Counted from the first letter of the stretch, positions 26,469 to 40,057 are shown. The stretch: DNA of 64,000 bases from Azolla caroliniana (GCA_043228905.1 JBHGNT010000017.1:2170001-2234000); one strand, 5' to 3'. Made by a program: numbers and translations. Notes: generated by a model from the letters alone, not told the origin.

Positions 26469-28354
26469 ATGACTTCATGACCACCTTCCTTGGGCGGTGG
26501 TAGCAGACTCAACAAGTCTTTGGCTCCCAACTTGCTTGACTTTCCCCCCTTCACAACAGAATTAACAAATAAGTAGATGACCCGTTGCAAGATACTTGAA
26601 GTATGTTGCTTTCATATAAGATGCTTCAAATGTGCTACCTTGGAAGATGCCTTTGAGACAATTTTATGCAACCTTCAACACGTGTCTACTTATACCAATA
26701 AGAAGAAGAGAAATGATAGCATATTTGCTCAAAGTTCTACTCCATTGTGACTGAATGTATGGTCTACTTTTCTAGCTCAATGCCTTAGCTTTTGACCTAT
26801 GTTTAGCAACCAATGCTTTCACGTCATGAACATTGTCTTGACAACTCCAATTATTTTGAGACGTTTTGGTTCGCCTTAAAATTGCATATGAATGTTCTCA
26901 ATGGGCTCTCCATCCCCCAATCTATTCCAAACTACGAGAACCCACACATGTTTTACCTTGGTATTACCTACATCAATTGTCCTAAAGGCTTTCGAAACCC
27001 TCTTGCATTGTATTTGACCCATGAGTGATTATTCTTATGGAAAATCAGTGTGTAAGGAAATATTGACATCGTCATACATTCCTTTAGTTTTCATGACTTA
27101 TGTGAGTAGTCTACAAAGCACACCTTAATGATGTACTATGTTGATGAGCCACCACAATGTGTGTTGTGTTCACCGTTGAGCTAAATGGAGGTGTGGCATA
27201 TTGTAAGCTACAATGGCTTCATTCACATGTTTTGCCCTTTAATGTTTGTAGTAATTCATGTGATTTATGTATCCATGCATCTCCACTAATAAATACATAA
27301 AGGAACATGTTTTAATCTTTTCCTTGGTATTTAACCTATTATATGCTCCCCTGTACATTTATACATAGAGATTGATGATATTTGTAGTGGTAAGCTAATT
27401 CCTCTTTATTATTGTTTTCCCCAACAATGGCATAAGAATACAATGGTAAACCTAAAGCTTACATCATTTATAGAGATACCAAATAATTTTGTTAGAAGTT
27501 ACCATGGATTGCAATATCATTTGTCTTGGTGGGATGGTTCATATTATGATACGAGAAAACAATGGTTGTTATATATGTGCATACAATCATAAAATCATCC
27601 CAAATTAATAAGTGGCCATAAAACACTAAATTGGTATTGTTTTGGATGCATGGTTATGCATCAAAATTGTACGCGGATCCACAATGCCATCGGTAACCAT
27701 AGCAATAAATTTATATCTATTGGGGCCAATTGTGAGAAAACGTTTAGCAAATGTTATGGGATACCATTCCTCCAACATATTTACTTTTATTACATTTTCT
27801 TGGTGAAATGTTCATATTATGAACGAATTTGTAGGCTATAGTTTTTAGCTTGACGTTACGACGATAGGATGATTGACCTAATGACATCTAAGAGGGGATT
27901 AAGTATCAATGGTAAACTAAACACTTGTCTACACCATGCTATGGTTACTTCTTCTCCCAATATGTTTATTTCCTCTGCTTTTATACAACAAATGCCCATA
28001 TACGGGAATGAATTTGTAGATTACATTTTATAGCCCAAAGTTCCACATTCTACAATTATGTAAACAAAGCAATGTTCATGACAATGACCATTGTTTGCTT
28101 GTCAAAGAAGCTCAATGTATATGGCATGTAACAAGGCAATACACCAACAAGCTCATGGAATAAAAGAAAATACAAAATAAATTTCCATGCCACCATTTAG
28201 AACCTTATACCAATACCTAGTACTTTGCAATAATCATATAAGTGAGAAGAAACCTAGTAGACTTTTATGCCCCCTAGGTTAATGTGGGACCTAGGGGGAT
28301 GGTTTTGGACCAGTCCCATGATGGATCCATTGTAGAAAGTTCCATTCTTCAGTA

Positions 28355-29875
28355 CATTGTGAAATTTGGCAAAACCTTACTCATGTCTAAGAATGTTCCA
28401 TCTTCTATAGCTCAAAAGCACTGGAATAAGTGGGGTGTTTCAAGCATTCATTTGAAGGCTTATTGGAAATGGATTTGGTATTTCAGGGGACCATCCAAAT
28501 ATATTCTCTTCAGATGGCTTTTACTACATGCAACACTACTAGTAGGTCAGTCATTGAAAGGAGATGTGGCAACACTGTGAAATTGGGTAGAACCTTATTC
28601 GTGTCTAAGAATGTTCCATCTCCTGCAGCTCAAAAGTAATGGAATAAGTGGGGTGTTTCAAGCATTTGTTTGAAGGCTTATTGGAAATGGATTTGGTCTT
28701 TCAGGGGACCGTCAAAATATATTCTCTTCAAATGACAAAATTGAAAGTACATCATTGTTCCATAAACTCATAACCATGTTTGTGTATAGACCGATACCTA
28801 GTATAGGTAGGAAAAGACAAACTAAAGTAAATAGTTCTCTAGTTCAAGAATCGGTTAGATACAGATCTAATTTGTTGGATTGTTTGTACCCATAAAAGGT
28901 TCGACGTAACATAGATAATGGATAGATGGGGGTTAATGTTGTACCAATAGCTTCTACTACAATTATTCCAACTTTGAATAAGAACGAATATTGCTTGTTA
29001 GTGACAACTCCGGGAATACTAATGATTCTGATGTGAACCCACTCATTCCTGGTAATGCTAAAGGTGCAAACGAAAAGATAGTAAACATTATAAATAGTCT
29101 AGGAATTTGAATTGCCATTCCTCCTAGTTGATCCAAAAAAAGAGTACGAGTTCGATCGTATAGAGTCCCTACCAGTAGGTCAATCATTGAAAGGAGATGT
29201 GGCAACCGTTCTAAGACAATGTTGTTATTGCGGCGACATATGTAGGAAACTACCAAGTATGCTCGTTGGTCCTACTCACTAGCCCAATAGGTATGGAATA
29301 AAGTTCTTTCTTTATTCCTGAAAATTAATGTAGGTTGCCTCTTCTCGTGGGGATCAATGGTATGGGGGGTTCTCCATTATGGTCTCTTGTTGTATGAGGC
29401 AAATGATACTCCATAAGCTATGGCAGTCATCAACGTGCATCTAATTTCTATCTCCCCTTTTCAGCTACCTCTCAATCAAATGCGTGCAACCCATGTATGG
29501 AAAACAATATCTACGGTTACATTATGGATGTTATAAAAGTATCATTGTAAAAGACGACATGATTCCACAATTCCTCTTCTCTCAAATATATTGCCAAAAT
29601 TATGGGAGAGCTTATTGGCGGTAGTGCATGGGCAATATGACAACATGTTGGGATCTTCGGAGGTTGTTCTTAAGAAAAGGAAAAAATTATTGCCGTTATG
29701 GAGGAAGTTGCCTTTGTTCACGGTTTCCTCTCAAGGACCAAATTGGAAATATTATCAACCTCGATCCTTGCCCTGACCATCTCTTTTGTATATAACACTC
29801 TGTGATTGTACATTTTGTAGCCTTCCGACGCTTTTCTTAATACTATTGAAGGAATTTTTTTGGAAAAAAAAAAAC
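28355..29875 (+). mobile_element. 5'-truncated L1-type LINE remnant (zf-RVT and C-terminus) with an internal ~220-bp tandem duplication, interrupted by plastid DNA
   Basis: Reads YWKWIW..GPSKYILFRWLLLHATLLVG, then [24 protein letters not shown] (zf-RVT-like), then IWESLLAVVHGQYD...; poly-A at 29863-29875. Confidence 0.75.
28735..29175 (-). pseudogene. ndhD: Nuclear plastid DNA insertion (NUPT): 3' part of ndhD
   Basis: [31 protein letters not shown]..(frameshift)..AIGTTLTPIYPLSMLRRTFYGYK..DS*TRELF..LPILGIGLY.. matches the plastid NdhD C-terminal region. It has one frameshift and one stop. Confidence 0.93.
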
Positions 29876-31199
29876 TCGATTTTGGAAAGTTTTCTCAAGC
29901 TAATTGGTTGAAGCCCAACCTTACATTCAAACACCCATGCCTAAGTGTGAGAGAGATTTGTCAATAACACTAGAGTGTGCATGCTTGCATTCATTGAAAA
30001 ATAGAAATCGGGAGTTAGTTAATCATTGAGTAGAAAGGGAGAATATGTAAACTGTGCAAAAGAAGAACATGTCATTTTGGAATTCCTTGCATATTAGAGC
30101 ATTGTGCATGGTTTTCAAGAATTCCTACAAAGGTTGCACTAGATTTGAAGAACTTCAAACAATAAATAATTGCCAATGACTCCAAGCATTTTCTTTGCTA
30201 ATATACTTAATCACAAAAAACTCACAAATGATCATCCAAACAATGAATTTCCAAAACAAGCCTAACTTGTGATTTAACCTTTCACATTTTTGCCGACATG
30301 ATTTGGGAGTGTGTTATATCTCATCATCATGTCTTTGTCTTTTTTTTCTAATCAAGCTTTGCCCTGGTAGTAAACTATTAGGCTATCATGGGTCTAAATC
30401 TTTATATTTGCATGTGTATAATTATGACTCTCTCTTTCTTTTATTATCAATGTGTGTGTGTGTGTGTGTGTAGGTGAATGTTTATGTTAAAACATCATGA
30501 TATAAAAAGTCCCTTCGTGAGTAAGGATCTCACGAAAAAGCTAACCCTATAAGGTGTTGGAATATTTGTGACATAAATGCAAATCCTCTTGGTACAAATT
30601 TCCTATCGAGTTATGAAAATTGCCAAATCAAATTCCAGTTTAACCTACATTCATGGTGTTGTACTCCACGGAGACCACAAAACAATAACCCATTTCTCTA
30701 GCTCCAATTGTACCACATACCCCAACACCTAAGGGAGTAAAAAAGAACCCTATACAATTGTGAGGGTAAAGCTATTGATCACGAAAACCTGTTAAAAAGG
30801 GTGACAAAATATCCTCAATCAAGAATGCATAACCACTCGCACTACCTTACCAAATTGACATGAAAGGAATCTATGCTTGGGATCCTCCTCGATCAGTATA
30901 CAAAATAACCATGGAATAATGTAAATGTATTGATGTTTTGAAGCAATTGCCAAAGGCAACCCACTCACCATTGCCCCCAAAAGGAACATTTTCACATGGA
31001 AGGGAGACGAGAAGTATTGTCCAAAGTGCAACATCATCATGGTATACCACAAGTGATATGCCATGTATGTGAAACTATAAACATTCATCACTAGTTGAGC
31101 TCTGTCTTCAATCAAGTTATGATATGCATAATTGGGGTTGCACTACTAGTATAAAATTCTTGAACGTCAAATAAGCAAATTTTCTTGAGCTTGTCTACC

Positions 31200-31520
31200 A
31201 CAAATTTTGAAATAGGAGCCACAAGAGTAAGCATTGCATCTACTAATTGCCAAGTAAGTTGTGCATAGGAGGTATATGAAACTCGATGTTACCAATTGTC
31301 CAGTTGTCTCCCCGAGAACATTTTCCGAATCTTCAATGTCATTCATTCTATCTAGTCAAAGTGCTACCCCACACTTTCAGACCATAAAGCAAGACCCTAG
31401 TCACCATGGCATTAACCATGCTACTCATTCACGAGTGTCACACTGCATTGATTGTGCAATGATTGATAACTTTTCCAACTAATTGGAGGCCTAAATTTAA
31501 AACATTCACCCATGGATTCA
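31200..31520 (-). mobile_element. RTE-like LINE remnant
   Basis: The minus strand reads MVNAMVTRVLLYGLKVWG, resembling the LLYGxEVWG motif downstream of RT in RTE-type LINEs. Confidence 0.5.
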
Positions 31521-32217
31521 TGAAATGTACACCAAATGCAAGCAACCTCGTCCTCAAAGGAGTTGCTTTTATGTCAACAATTGTATATATAGGAAGTTTT
31601 TTTTGCATTGTCATGTTGTGTCATAACATATACGTTACTTTCATAGAAGAGAGAGTCCTTATTTGTAATTCACTACAAGCATAAAGCACATATTTTCTTT
31701 GGTGTGAGAACTCGCTCCTTGAGATAGTATATTTGTTGCTTTGACGATGATCATGATCATTTGTATTTCTTAGTGGGGGTGGGGTATATTAAAGTACAAT
31801 ACCTTAGAGAGAGAGAGAGATCTAATAGTTTATGTAATACATTTTTGATGAGATTCAAGGAATCGTTTCTTTTGACAAAATGTGCGGGATATGATTTGGA
31901 AATTGTTTTAGCACATGTGCGAGGCGTGTGTGAGGGAGCGTATGCTTTCTAGAGTCATGAATGGGTTTGACTTGTTTTTTCAAAGAGATATTGGTCGGGT
32001 CGTGGTGGGCCCGACTTGACTACGAGAAAGAGAAGGCCATACATACATATTACACTCACACACATGGTGTCTCTCATTTGGTATGCAAAAAGAGAAGGCG
32101 AAAAGGTGGAATCTTGAATGATGAAAGTAATTCCTCATCAAAAGGACAGAAGACGTGAATGAAGAAGAATAAGAAAAAAGACGCCAGACAGAAAGAAGTG
32201 GTAGAGTCGTAGTAAAA

Positions 32218-32253
32218 GAAGAAGAAGAAGAAGAAGAAGAAGAAGAAGAAGAA
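32218..32253. repeat. (GAA)12 microsatellite in the putative Pti1 5' leader
   Basis: Direct reading of the sequence. Confidence 0.95.
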
Positions 32254-32796
32254 GACAACGACTGGGTTTGCGATGGCCGTGTTTCGAAGGTACGCTCTCT
32301 GATATTCTCTCTCTGCCTCGCGTCTTTGTTTCCCCGCAGCACCTCGAAACCCTAACTCTGTTTCCTCTTCTTCTTCTTTTTTTGAGCATTTCCATAATAT
32401 CATCTGCGTAAGCGTTAGCTAAGCATAACACAGACATCCTCGAGGGAAACAGTAAGGGCCCCTGAAAACTTCTGGATTTTGATGATTGTTGACATGCTCT
32501 ATAAGTTGATAGGCATTAAATTGACGTACTTATAACGCTGCACTTGTTTTATTGGTATCAAGGTAGCCATGGTCATGTTTCCTGTATAAAATAATAAATC
32601 TTTTCTGAGTTCTGAACTGAAACATGCACTTGCTCTTTTTTTTCTTTTCAAAAAGCCACCAGTACGGCCATCGGTGACTTTGCAGACATATGGCGGAAAA
32701 ATTTCGTTTTTAGGCATCTAGTGGTGGAAATGTAAAGAGTTTCCAGGTACAAGGCTTTGCAAAAAAAAAAACAGTTATCTGCAAGCATTCTAGGCG

Positions 32797-35700
32797 ATGG
32801 GTAATTGCTGCTCTTCCGAGCCACGGGATGAAATCACACCTGCTGCACAAAGGACCCCTGCCTCCAATGGAAACATTGGTATATTCCATAGCTAGAGATC
32901 TTTACACTTCTTAAGTTTCAGTCTAGCATTTTTGTAGAAGACTTTGCATACCATTCGCTTAGAATATGTATGCTAAGTACTCTACAAGTATTCTGACTAT
33001 TTTCTAAAAATACTTAGAATACGTATTTTACAAATTAAATAAGTTAAATAATTGGAATACTTGTAGAATGCTTTAAATATATAAAATATGTTAAATACTT
33101 CTTAAAATTTAACTATTTTTTCAAATTTAAAATTTATCTTCTAAAATGTTAAATACTTGTTAAATACATAGAATATGTGAAAAACTGAAAAATGGTAGTT
33201 CTAAAACGTAGAATACTTCATAATATTGTAAAACATATTCTAAACGTAGAATACACATTTTTTAACAACTATCCAGCCTAGTAAGTCTAAGAATTTTTTA
33301 GTGATCTTAAAATAAAGAGCACTGTTGCAGGTCCTACTGGTATGCAAAACAATGAGACAGCAGAAAATAATGGGAATCTGCTACCTATAAATGCTCAGAT
33401 GATTCCATTTGAAGTGCTGAAGGAGGTAACCAACAATTTTGGACCAAAATCTTTAATTGGAGAAGGATCGTATGGACGTGTTTATTTTGGAAATGTTGTC
33501 AATGATCGAGCTTCCGCAATAAAGAAGCTCGATGAAAATAACCAACAAGAACCTGATAATGAGTTTTTGGAGCAGGTCGAGTCTCTTTTTGCTAATATTA
33601 CTGAAATTTAACTTGCAATGAAGCCTCTAATAAAGCTTTGAATTCTAGGTTTCTGTTGTTTCAAGGCTCAAGCACGAGAACATGATTGAACTTATTGGGT
33701 ATTGTGTGGATGGGAGATTGCGAGTTCTTGCTTATGAGTTTGCAACCATGGGGTCATTACATGATATTCTTCATGGTTGGCAGCTAAAATCTGTTAGAAA
33801 TTACAATGTGTGCTAGAATCAAAATTCACTGTTTAGGCACTAATGCATTGTGCTTCTGCATGTCCAGGGCGTAAAGGTGTACAAGGTGCACAGCCAGGTC
33901 CAACATTAGATTGGATGCAGAGAGTGAAAATTGCCGTAGGAGCTGCAAGGGGTTTGGAGTACCTTCATGAGAAGGTGCAACCACCCATCATACACCGTGA
34001 CATTAGATCAAGCAATGTTCTTCTTTTTGATGATTTTACAGCAAAAATTGCAGACTTCAATTTGTCCAATCAGGCTCCAGATATGGCTGCAAGACTACAT
34101 TCAACACGAGTCCTAGGCACGTTTGGTTATCATGCTCCTGAGTAAGTCACATTGACCGAAGCTTCCAACTGTTCATGCAAGGAAATAATGTGTACATACA
34201 GTAACATTTAATATATCATATAAAATACAAATGATCACTTTGATCTCTTTGTGCTGAAAACCAGTACCTGGTTCATGTTATGCCGATTATCATCACGTAC
34301 GTGATAGGATGATATCCTAATATGCTACATCACATGCCTATATGTGCACGTTGATATGTTGTAGAGGCTAGAATTTGATTTTATATTGCCATATCTCAGC
34401 GTAAGTTCATGTAAACATGTTTTGTAACAGTTCTCATGGTAGTATTAATAAAAGAGGTCTACAATTGCTTGATCCCATGTTTTTCTTCTTAGGACATACC
34501 ACTGATGATTTAGGATCAAGGTCATTTTTTCTCAAATCCCTTGCCCAATCAAGAAAATGCATACGAGAAATGAGATTAGGATACTTCTTGTAGAATATCA
34601 GTATTGATACATGCAGATAGAATTTGCAGGCGATATATTTAAAATCACTATAGTTGTACTCAACAATATTTTGACATGGATAATACTACATTCTCTCTGT
34701 TCGTTTGGTACAGCAGTAAGGAATCCGAAGCGTGGCCATGGTTTTTGAGATATGGATGATTTAATTATGTTTTAGAACACAGATGAATATTTTATTGCAA
34801 TATTTAGGATATTTATAGACCGTCAATTTTAGTTCTTTCTTTTCTCTCTCAAATTGTAGTCCACTCTCTAATTGTTTGAAGATGAAGGACAAGCTGTCAT
34901 TCCATTTTTTTAATTTCTTATAAAAATAATATAGAATTTGGCACTTGTTCTCATGAAGTTAAACCAACGCATAAAACAATAAGAACAACCAACACTGATT
35001 AGCCACACCCCTGGTCTATCCATCGATAAAAAAAGACTTTCTATGGAATATGATAAACCAAAAAGCTTGAAAGCTATACTAAGGTGAGCGTAAAAACCTT
35101 GGTGCTGGCATATATTCTTTTATTTATTTTAGAAATCCGGGTGTATAACAAAACTGAAATCCAACTTTGTCAGATCGTACATCAGAGAAGTTTCCATATG
35201 ATGCTGGCAGTGCAAGGTTTAATAATTCATTTATCTTAACATGACATGTTGACCATAAACTATCGAGGGTCATGAGAGTACTTCCAAAAGACTCTGTGAG
35301 ATTCTTGTGTATGTTTTTCTAATGAGCTCACTGCATGGACTTCATTTCAGGTATGCAATGACAGGGCAGCTCTCACGAAAAAGTGATGTTTATAGCTTTG
35401 GAGTTGTCTTATTGGAGTTGCTTACTGGAAGGAAACCTGTTGACCATACCATGCCCCGTGGGCAGCAAAGTTTAGTGACTTGGGTAAGTTTTTCTTTCAT
35501 CATTTGCAGGGTTTTTCTTGGCCAGGGGCCGCTTACCAAACTTTGATTATGACATACTGTAACACTGAAACTGATCTATGCTTTTCATGATGAAGGCAAC
35601 TCCTCGATTGAGTGAAGACAAGGTGAAGCAATGTGTGGATCCTAAGCTAAAGTCTGACTATCCCCCAAAAGCAGTTGCCAAGGTACTTTTGTAATGTTTG

Positions 35701-35945
35701 GTGGGCTCTCATGTTGTCAAACTACTAGGCAATCCTTCTGGACCCTAGTAACACTCTAGGCCTACTTGTCAATATCCACTACATGACATTTGTGTTTGAT
35801 GCTTTTGCAGATGGCAGCCGTTGCAGCATTATGTGTGCAGTATGAGCCAGAGTTTCGCCCAAACATGAGCATTGTAGTGAAGGCATTGCAACCTTTACTG
35901 GCACCAAAGCCAACTCTTAGTGTTGGTGAACCCTCACAGACATGA
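32797..35945 (+). CDS. PTI1: Pto-interacting 1 (Pti1)-like receptor-like cytoplasmic kinase (RLCK VIII), 7 coding exons
   Basis: Exons at 32797-32878, 33331-33575, 33649-33775, 33869-34142, 35351-35483, 35596-35682 and 35811-35945. Motifs: [87 protein letters not shown]. The N-terminal MGNCC is a myristoylation/palmitoylation motif. Confidence 0.96.
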
Positions 35946-37080
35946 TAAAAGCTTTGAGGCATTTTCTAAGCCTTCTTTCGGCTGGAATAATGTTTCTGAA
36001 AATGAGCTGTTTTTGTACTTTTCTATTTATATAGAAAGAGTCAGCTAATACTTAACGAGAATGAGCTGTTTTTGTTCTCATTTTCATACCATGTACAAGT
36101 TTGCTTATCTATATATATATAGATATGGGTAAAAGAACTGTTGACTTCAGATCTTCTATTGTTGAACCCAAAGTTCGACATTGTTGGCATATAAGCAAGG
36201 ATGCCTTTATATATATATAATTTGACTTGTAAATCCTTGATGTGCTGATTGGAATATGTGCACATCACTCCAGATGAATGTAGAATGTATACAATTTTTA
36301 TATATCTATGTATATTACAATGTATACATAGTCCCCCAATATCTTAGAAAAACATTATCTCATCATTTGAAGGGATAAACTAAGTATTTATTTGGGATAT
36401 GAGAAAAATACTTGTTTACAGCATTTTGACCCAAGTTGGACATTATTCTTTGGATGTGCTGTGGAATTTAAGTTGTAGTCTACTTTTTCTTTTGGGGCGA
36501 AGGGCTATGATTGTGCATGTTGAAAATATGCGAGGTCAATAAACTCTTTTGCGGTTGGGTAATAAAACTTAATACAATATAGTGCAAAGGCCATAAATCT
36601 ACATGGTGAATATATGTGAGGTCAATATACTCTTTGGCCCTGAAGTGATAACAATATTTGTAGGAAACTATGTGATTGCCTTTAAACATCATAAAAGGTG
36701 CATTGAGAATCCTAATTAGCAAATTAGTGCTTAAGTTAGAGCTTGCCTTATTGAAGTGATTAAATAAACATGTGGTAAAGCTTGTGCTTTGTATTGTTGA
36801 GGTTGTGTGATTGTAAGTCTTTGATTGACGAGTTTTGATATTTTGTTCATTACAAGAATTTGTCTTTTTAAGATTAAAATAGTGGAAGCTAAGCATTCAC
36901 ACTTTATTGCTTTCCATAATCCATGTGTTTAAACACGAGGTTGTTCTAGATATAATTAATTACTTATTTTACTTGCACACCAATATATAAACCCTCTCAA
37001 ATAAATTAATGATTAGATAGAGTGAGTCAAAGTATCTCTAGGGTCCCATTCATCATCATTGTCATGGAATGAGCAAGATA

Positions 37081-38155
37081 TCATAAAATATGAATAACAG
37101 CCCAATGAAGAATGATAGGAGTTATAAACCAAAACATTATGGAAGGAAGGTTTGTTGGTGCAGTTGATGTGGGATGTGGTAAGAAGGGAATTTTCAACGA
37201 AGTAAATGGCAATTCAAAAGGAGCCAAGGGTGGGGAAGGTACAAGAACGTTGTCAAATGGTGATGAAACTAGATATAGTGATGACCTAAGGGGGGACATG
37301 GGAGAAGGTTCCGGTTTCACTAATAGTGATACTTTTTGTGCTTGTTCGCAATGGTTTTCTATCCCGCATATGAAGTACCACATGCCGGGTTTATTCAAGG
37401 TTACAAGTGTGGTGCCTCCATTGTCATAAATCGCCAAAGGTGCTTCCTTGTTACAAGTTTGGTAGGCCTTCTCGGTTACTTGGAAGACATTATGGGATCC
37501 CTTGATATACTTGAACACTGTTAAGCACATCCAAATCCACGATGAATGTTGGTTTGTTACAAAACAACAATAGGCACCATTAACCATGCAATCATCATTT
37601 GTCACCCAGCATGTGATCAAGGAAATGTACACAAAATTAAATGAAACTAGCATGGAGATTGTTTTTATTATTATGAATCAAATAAGTGTAGAGCCAGTTA
37701 GCTAGCTTACCCAGCTGATCGCCCACATAGAAGGTGAGTGTAGAGGTCCAACTGATGTAGTCGAAACCATTGACTTCCGGCAAGACCCAGCCTCTATTAC
37801 CAACAATGTGAAGCACGGGTGTGCGGGTCTTTGGTACGGCTACCGGCAGCGCTGGCAGAGGAGAGGGAGAAAGAGGAGAAGAATCCATTGATAGAGGAGG
37901 AGAGGGAGAAAGAGGAGAAGAATCCATTGATAGATGAGGAGAGGGAGAAAGAGGAGAAGACTCCATTGATAGAGGAGGAGAGGGAGAAAGAGGCGAAGAA
38001 TCCGTTGACACAGGAGGAGGGGGAGAAGGAAGAGAAGAATCCATTGATAGAGAAGGAGAGGGAGAAAGAGGAGAAGAATCCATTTTTAGAGGAGGAGAGG
38101 AGGAAGATGAGCTAATCAAGATAAGCCAGAAGTAGTATAATGCACTGTAAGCCAT
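37081..38155 (-). CDS. Stellacyanin-type phytocyanin (blue copper protein), Ser/Pro-rich, probable GPI anchor, 2 exons
   Basis: Exons 38155-37711 and 37517-37081 (phase 1), 293 aa. Signal peptide, six 13-aa SP repeats, HIVG..GW..Y..W....TFYVGDQLVFKY..SHNV..C..YFICGIENHCEQAQKV (ligands H, C, H, Q), SP-rich tail and hydrophobic C-terminus. Confidence 0.92.
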
Positions 38156-38464
38156 GATTCTTGACCCCGAGAAAGATAAATAGAGAAAAGGATGATATAG
38201 GGAGGGCAAGCTGATCACGAGATAACAATAGGCGGCTTTTAGTAGAGAAGAGACGGATTATGATGATTTTGGAAGTTACAATGGTGTGTCTTGACAAGGA
38301 AGGTTACACAATCATCCATGGATTCTGTATCATGATCAGGAGTTACGATCTCGCTCGAAACCTCGAACCTCTCTTTGTTTTTTTCGCGGTGAAGACAATG
38401 TTATGTATTAAACAATGAAAACGAATAATGATCGAATGAATACAATGTTATGTATTAAACAATG

Positions 38465-39480
38465 AGAATGAATAATGAAGCTCTCATTAGGACATCGTTG
38501 GATCTTATGATGAGGTAAATCCTCATCAAGTTCTGTAAATAAGATCGGCAAACATAAAGGCAACTCCCCCAGAGGACAATGCGCCCTACTTCGTAGAGTT
38601 GGAAGTGCGAAGAATGGTCGAGTCGTTTGTCCTGCCTATGCACATTTCGTGGGAATACCATTGAATAACAAGGACTCAAATATCATGCCCCACATATATC
38701 ATTGACACCAATTCCCTAAGAGAATTGACACTACCTTCTTATGATTGGGAGAGTAAAGCTCCAACTCCGTGAATGAAAACTCGTTTTAAAAGGTGACAAA
38801 TGTATCCCGCTTATTGGTACCTTGTGTTGCATCATACCCCCCATCCCCTTTAACAAGTGAACATGCAATGTATATATATGTTTGGCATCCTCCGCAATCC
38901 ATGTCCAGAATATAACATGTTCCATTTGAAACATGTCGGCATTGTAAAGCCGTAACCAAAGGCAACCTTATATTTTTCTCGCAAAACCCATGTAAATAAT
39001 TAGTATCTAGGCTCCAAAAAAGTTTGAAATTTTTGCTCTTGCTTATTTAAAAACATAGACCGTTTATGTGTTTGGTCCACCTTCCCCTTTGATTTGGATT
39101 TTTTACCCTGGTGAGCACAACATTTTGTCCCTTGACAATTTGAATGAGGCTTAAATTGTGGTTTGATTCCTAAATGCCATATGATCAATTTCTAGATATA
39201 ATACTTTTTGCCTAGGGGGAAACACAATGATTACATGAGTATGTGAGGTGGAAAATTTCCATGAAGAAAACTTGTTCAATTTGTGAATTAATGATGGCAT
39301 TTTGACCATCAACCAAGAATGACCCCAATGCATAGGCTAAAGATTCACTTGTATAGGCTAGTGAATAAATCCTCTACTCACTTTTAAGAACCTCCATTTG
39401 ATTGTGCAAATTCTCACTTTTAATAAGATGCATTGAATCAAGGTTTATACTTAATGTTTACTCAAACTGAATAAGTAGAA
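38465..39480 (-). mobile_element. Degenerate L1-like LINE ORF2 remnant
   Basis: Short, stop-interrupted peptides such as WTWIAEDAKHIY, FQLYEVGRIVL and IWHLGIKP resemble the post-RT region of plant L1s. Confidence 0.4.
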
Positions 39481-40057
39481 ATACTTAAGATCTAGTTGAG
39501 AATTTGTTGTCACTCAGATTCATACGTTGGCAATTGCAAAAGACAAATTAGGTCCCCATTTTCTTCATCCAGTAAGGTTTGCGTCGTGTATCACATGATG
39601 CAAGTGTGGATGGCTAGTGCCCTCAATGGCGGGACTTGTTCTAGGCATTCGAGAAGTACAAAATATTTGTTATTGTTGATGGATATCCCGAGAAACGCGT
39701 GGGTTCACCGAAAAGACAGGAGTGTAACATAACCATCACTTGCACTATCAGGATATATAAGCTTTTTTGTTTAGGAATTGATGGCCAGGCATGGCACCAT
39801 GGAAATTACAATTTGAAGACACAACATGCATAGCCCCACCACATGTGACCAATGCATTGGCTCTGTATCCGCGAGTGAATAAGAAACGTGGTATCGGAAG
39901 GAGCCAAGAGAACATCTTCGGTATCAGGTTAGAGAACATTTTTTTCTAGACCAAAACATCTCTCTCACACACATTATGTAATAATAATGGTGTGTGGACA
40001 TATACAAATCTGTTTGTATGTATGTCACATTTGTGTGCATGTATGAGGCAGAGAATC

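Noticed and set aside
26900-28000. Possible Helitron PIF1-helicase remnant on the minus strand (HKS*-like and Walker-A-like fragments)
   Set aside because: The motifs are too short and decayed to call without a profile search.
31980-32437. Poly-S, poly-F and poly-L ORFs on the minus strand
   Set aside because: Artefacts of the (GAA)12 microsatellite in the Pti1 leader.
32920-33275. AT-rich semi-palindromic block in Pti1 intron 1, possibly a MITE
   Set aside because: The inverted similarity is patchy and neither termini nor a TSD could be defined.
37819-38115. Plus-strand ORF with EEEREKEEKNPLI repeats, CRISPR-like periodicity
   Set aside because: It is the antisense reading of the phytocyanin SP repeat. 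The units are contiguous with no unique spacers, and the DNA is eukaryotic.
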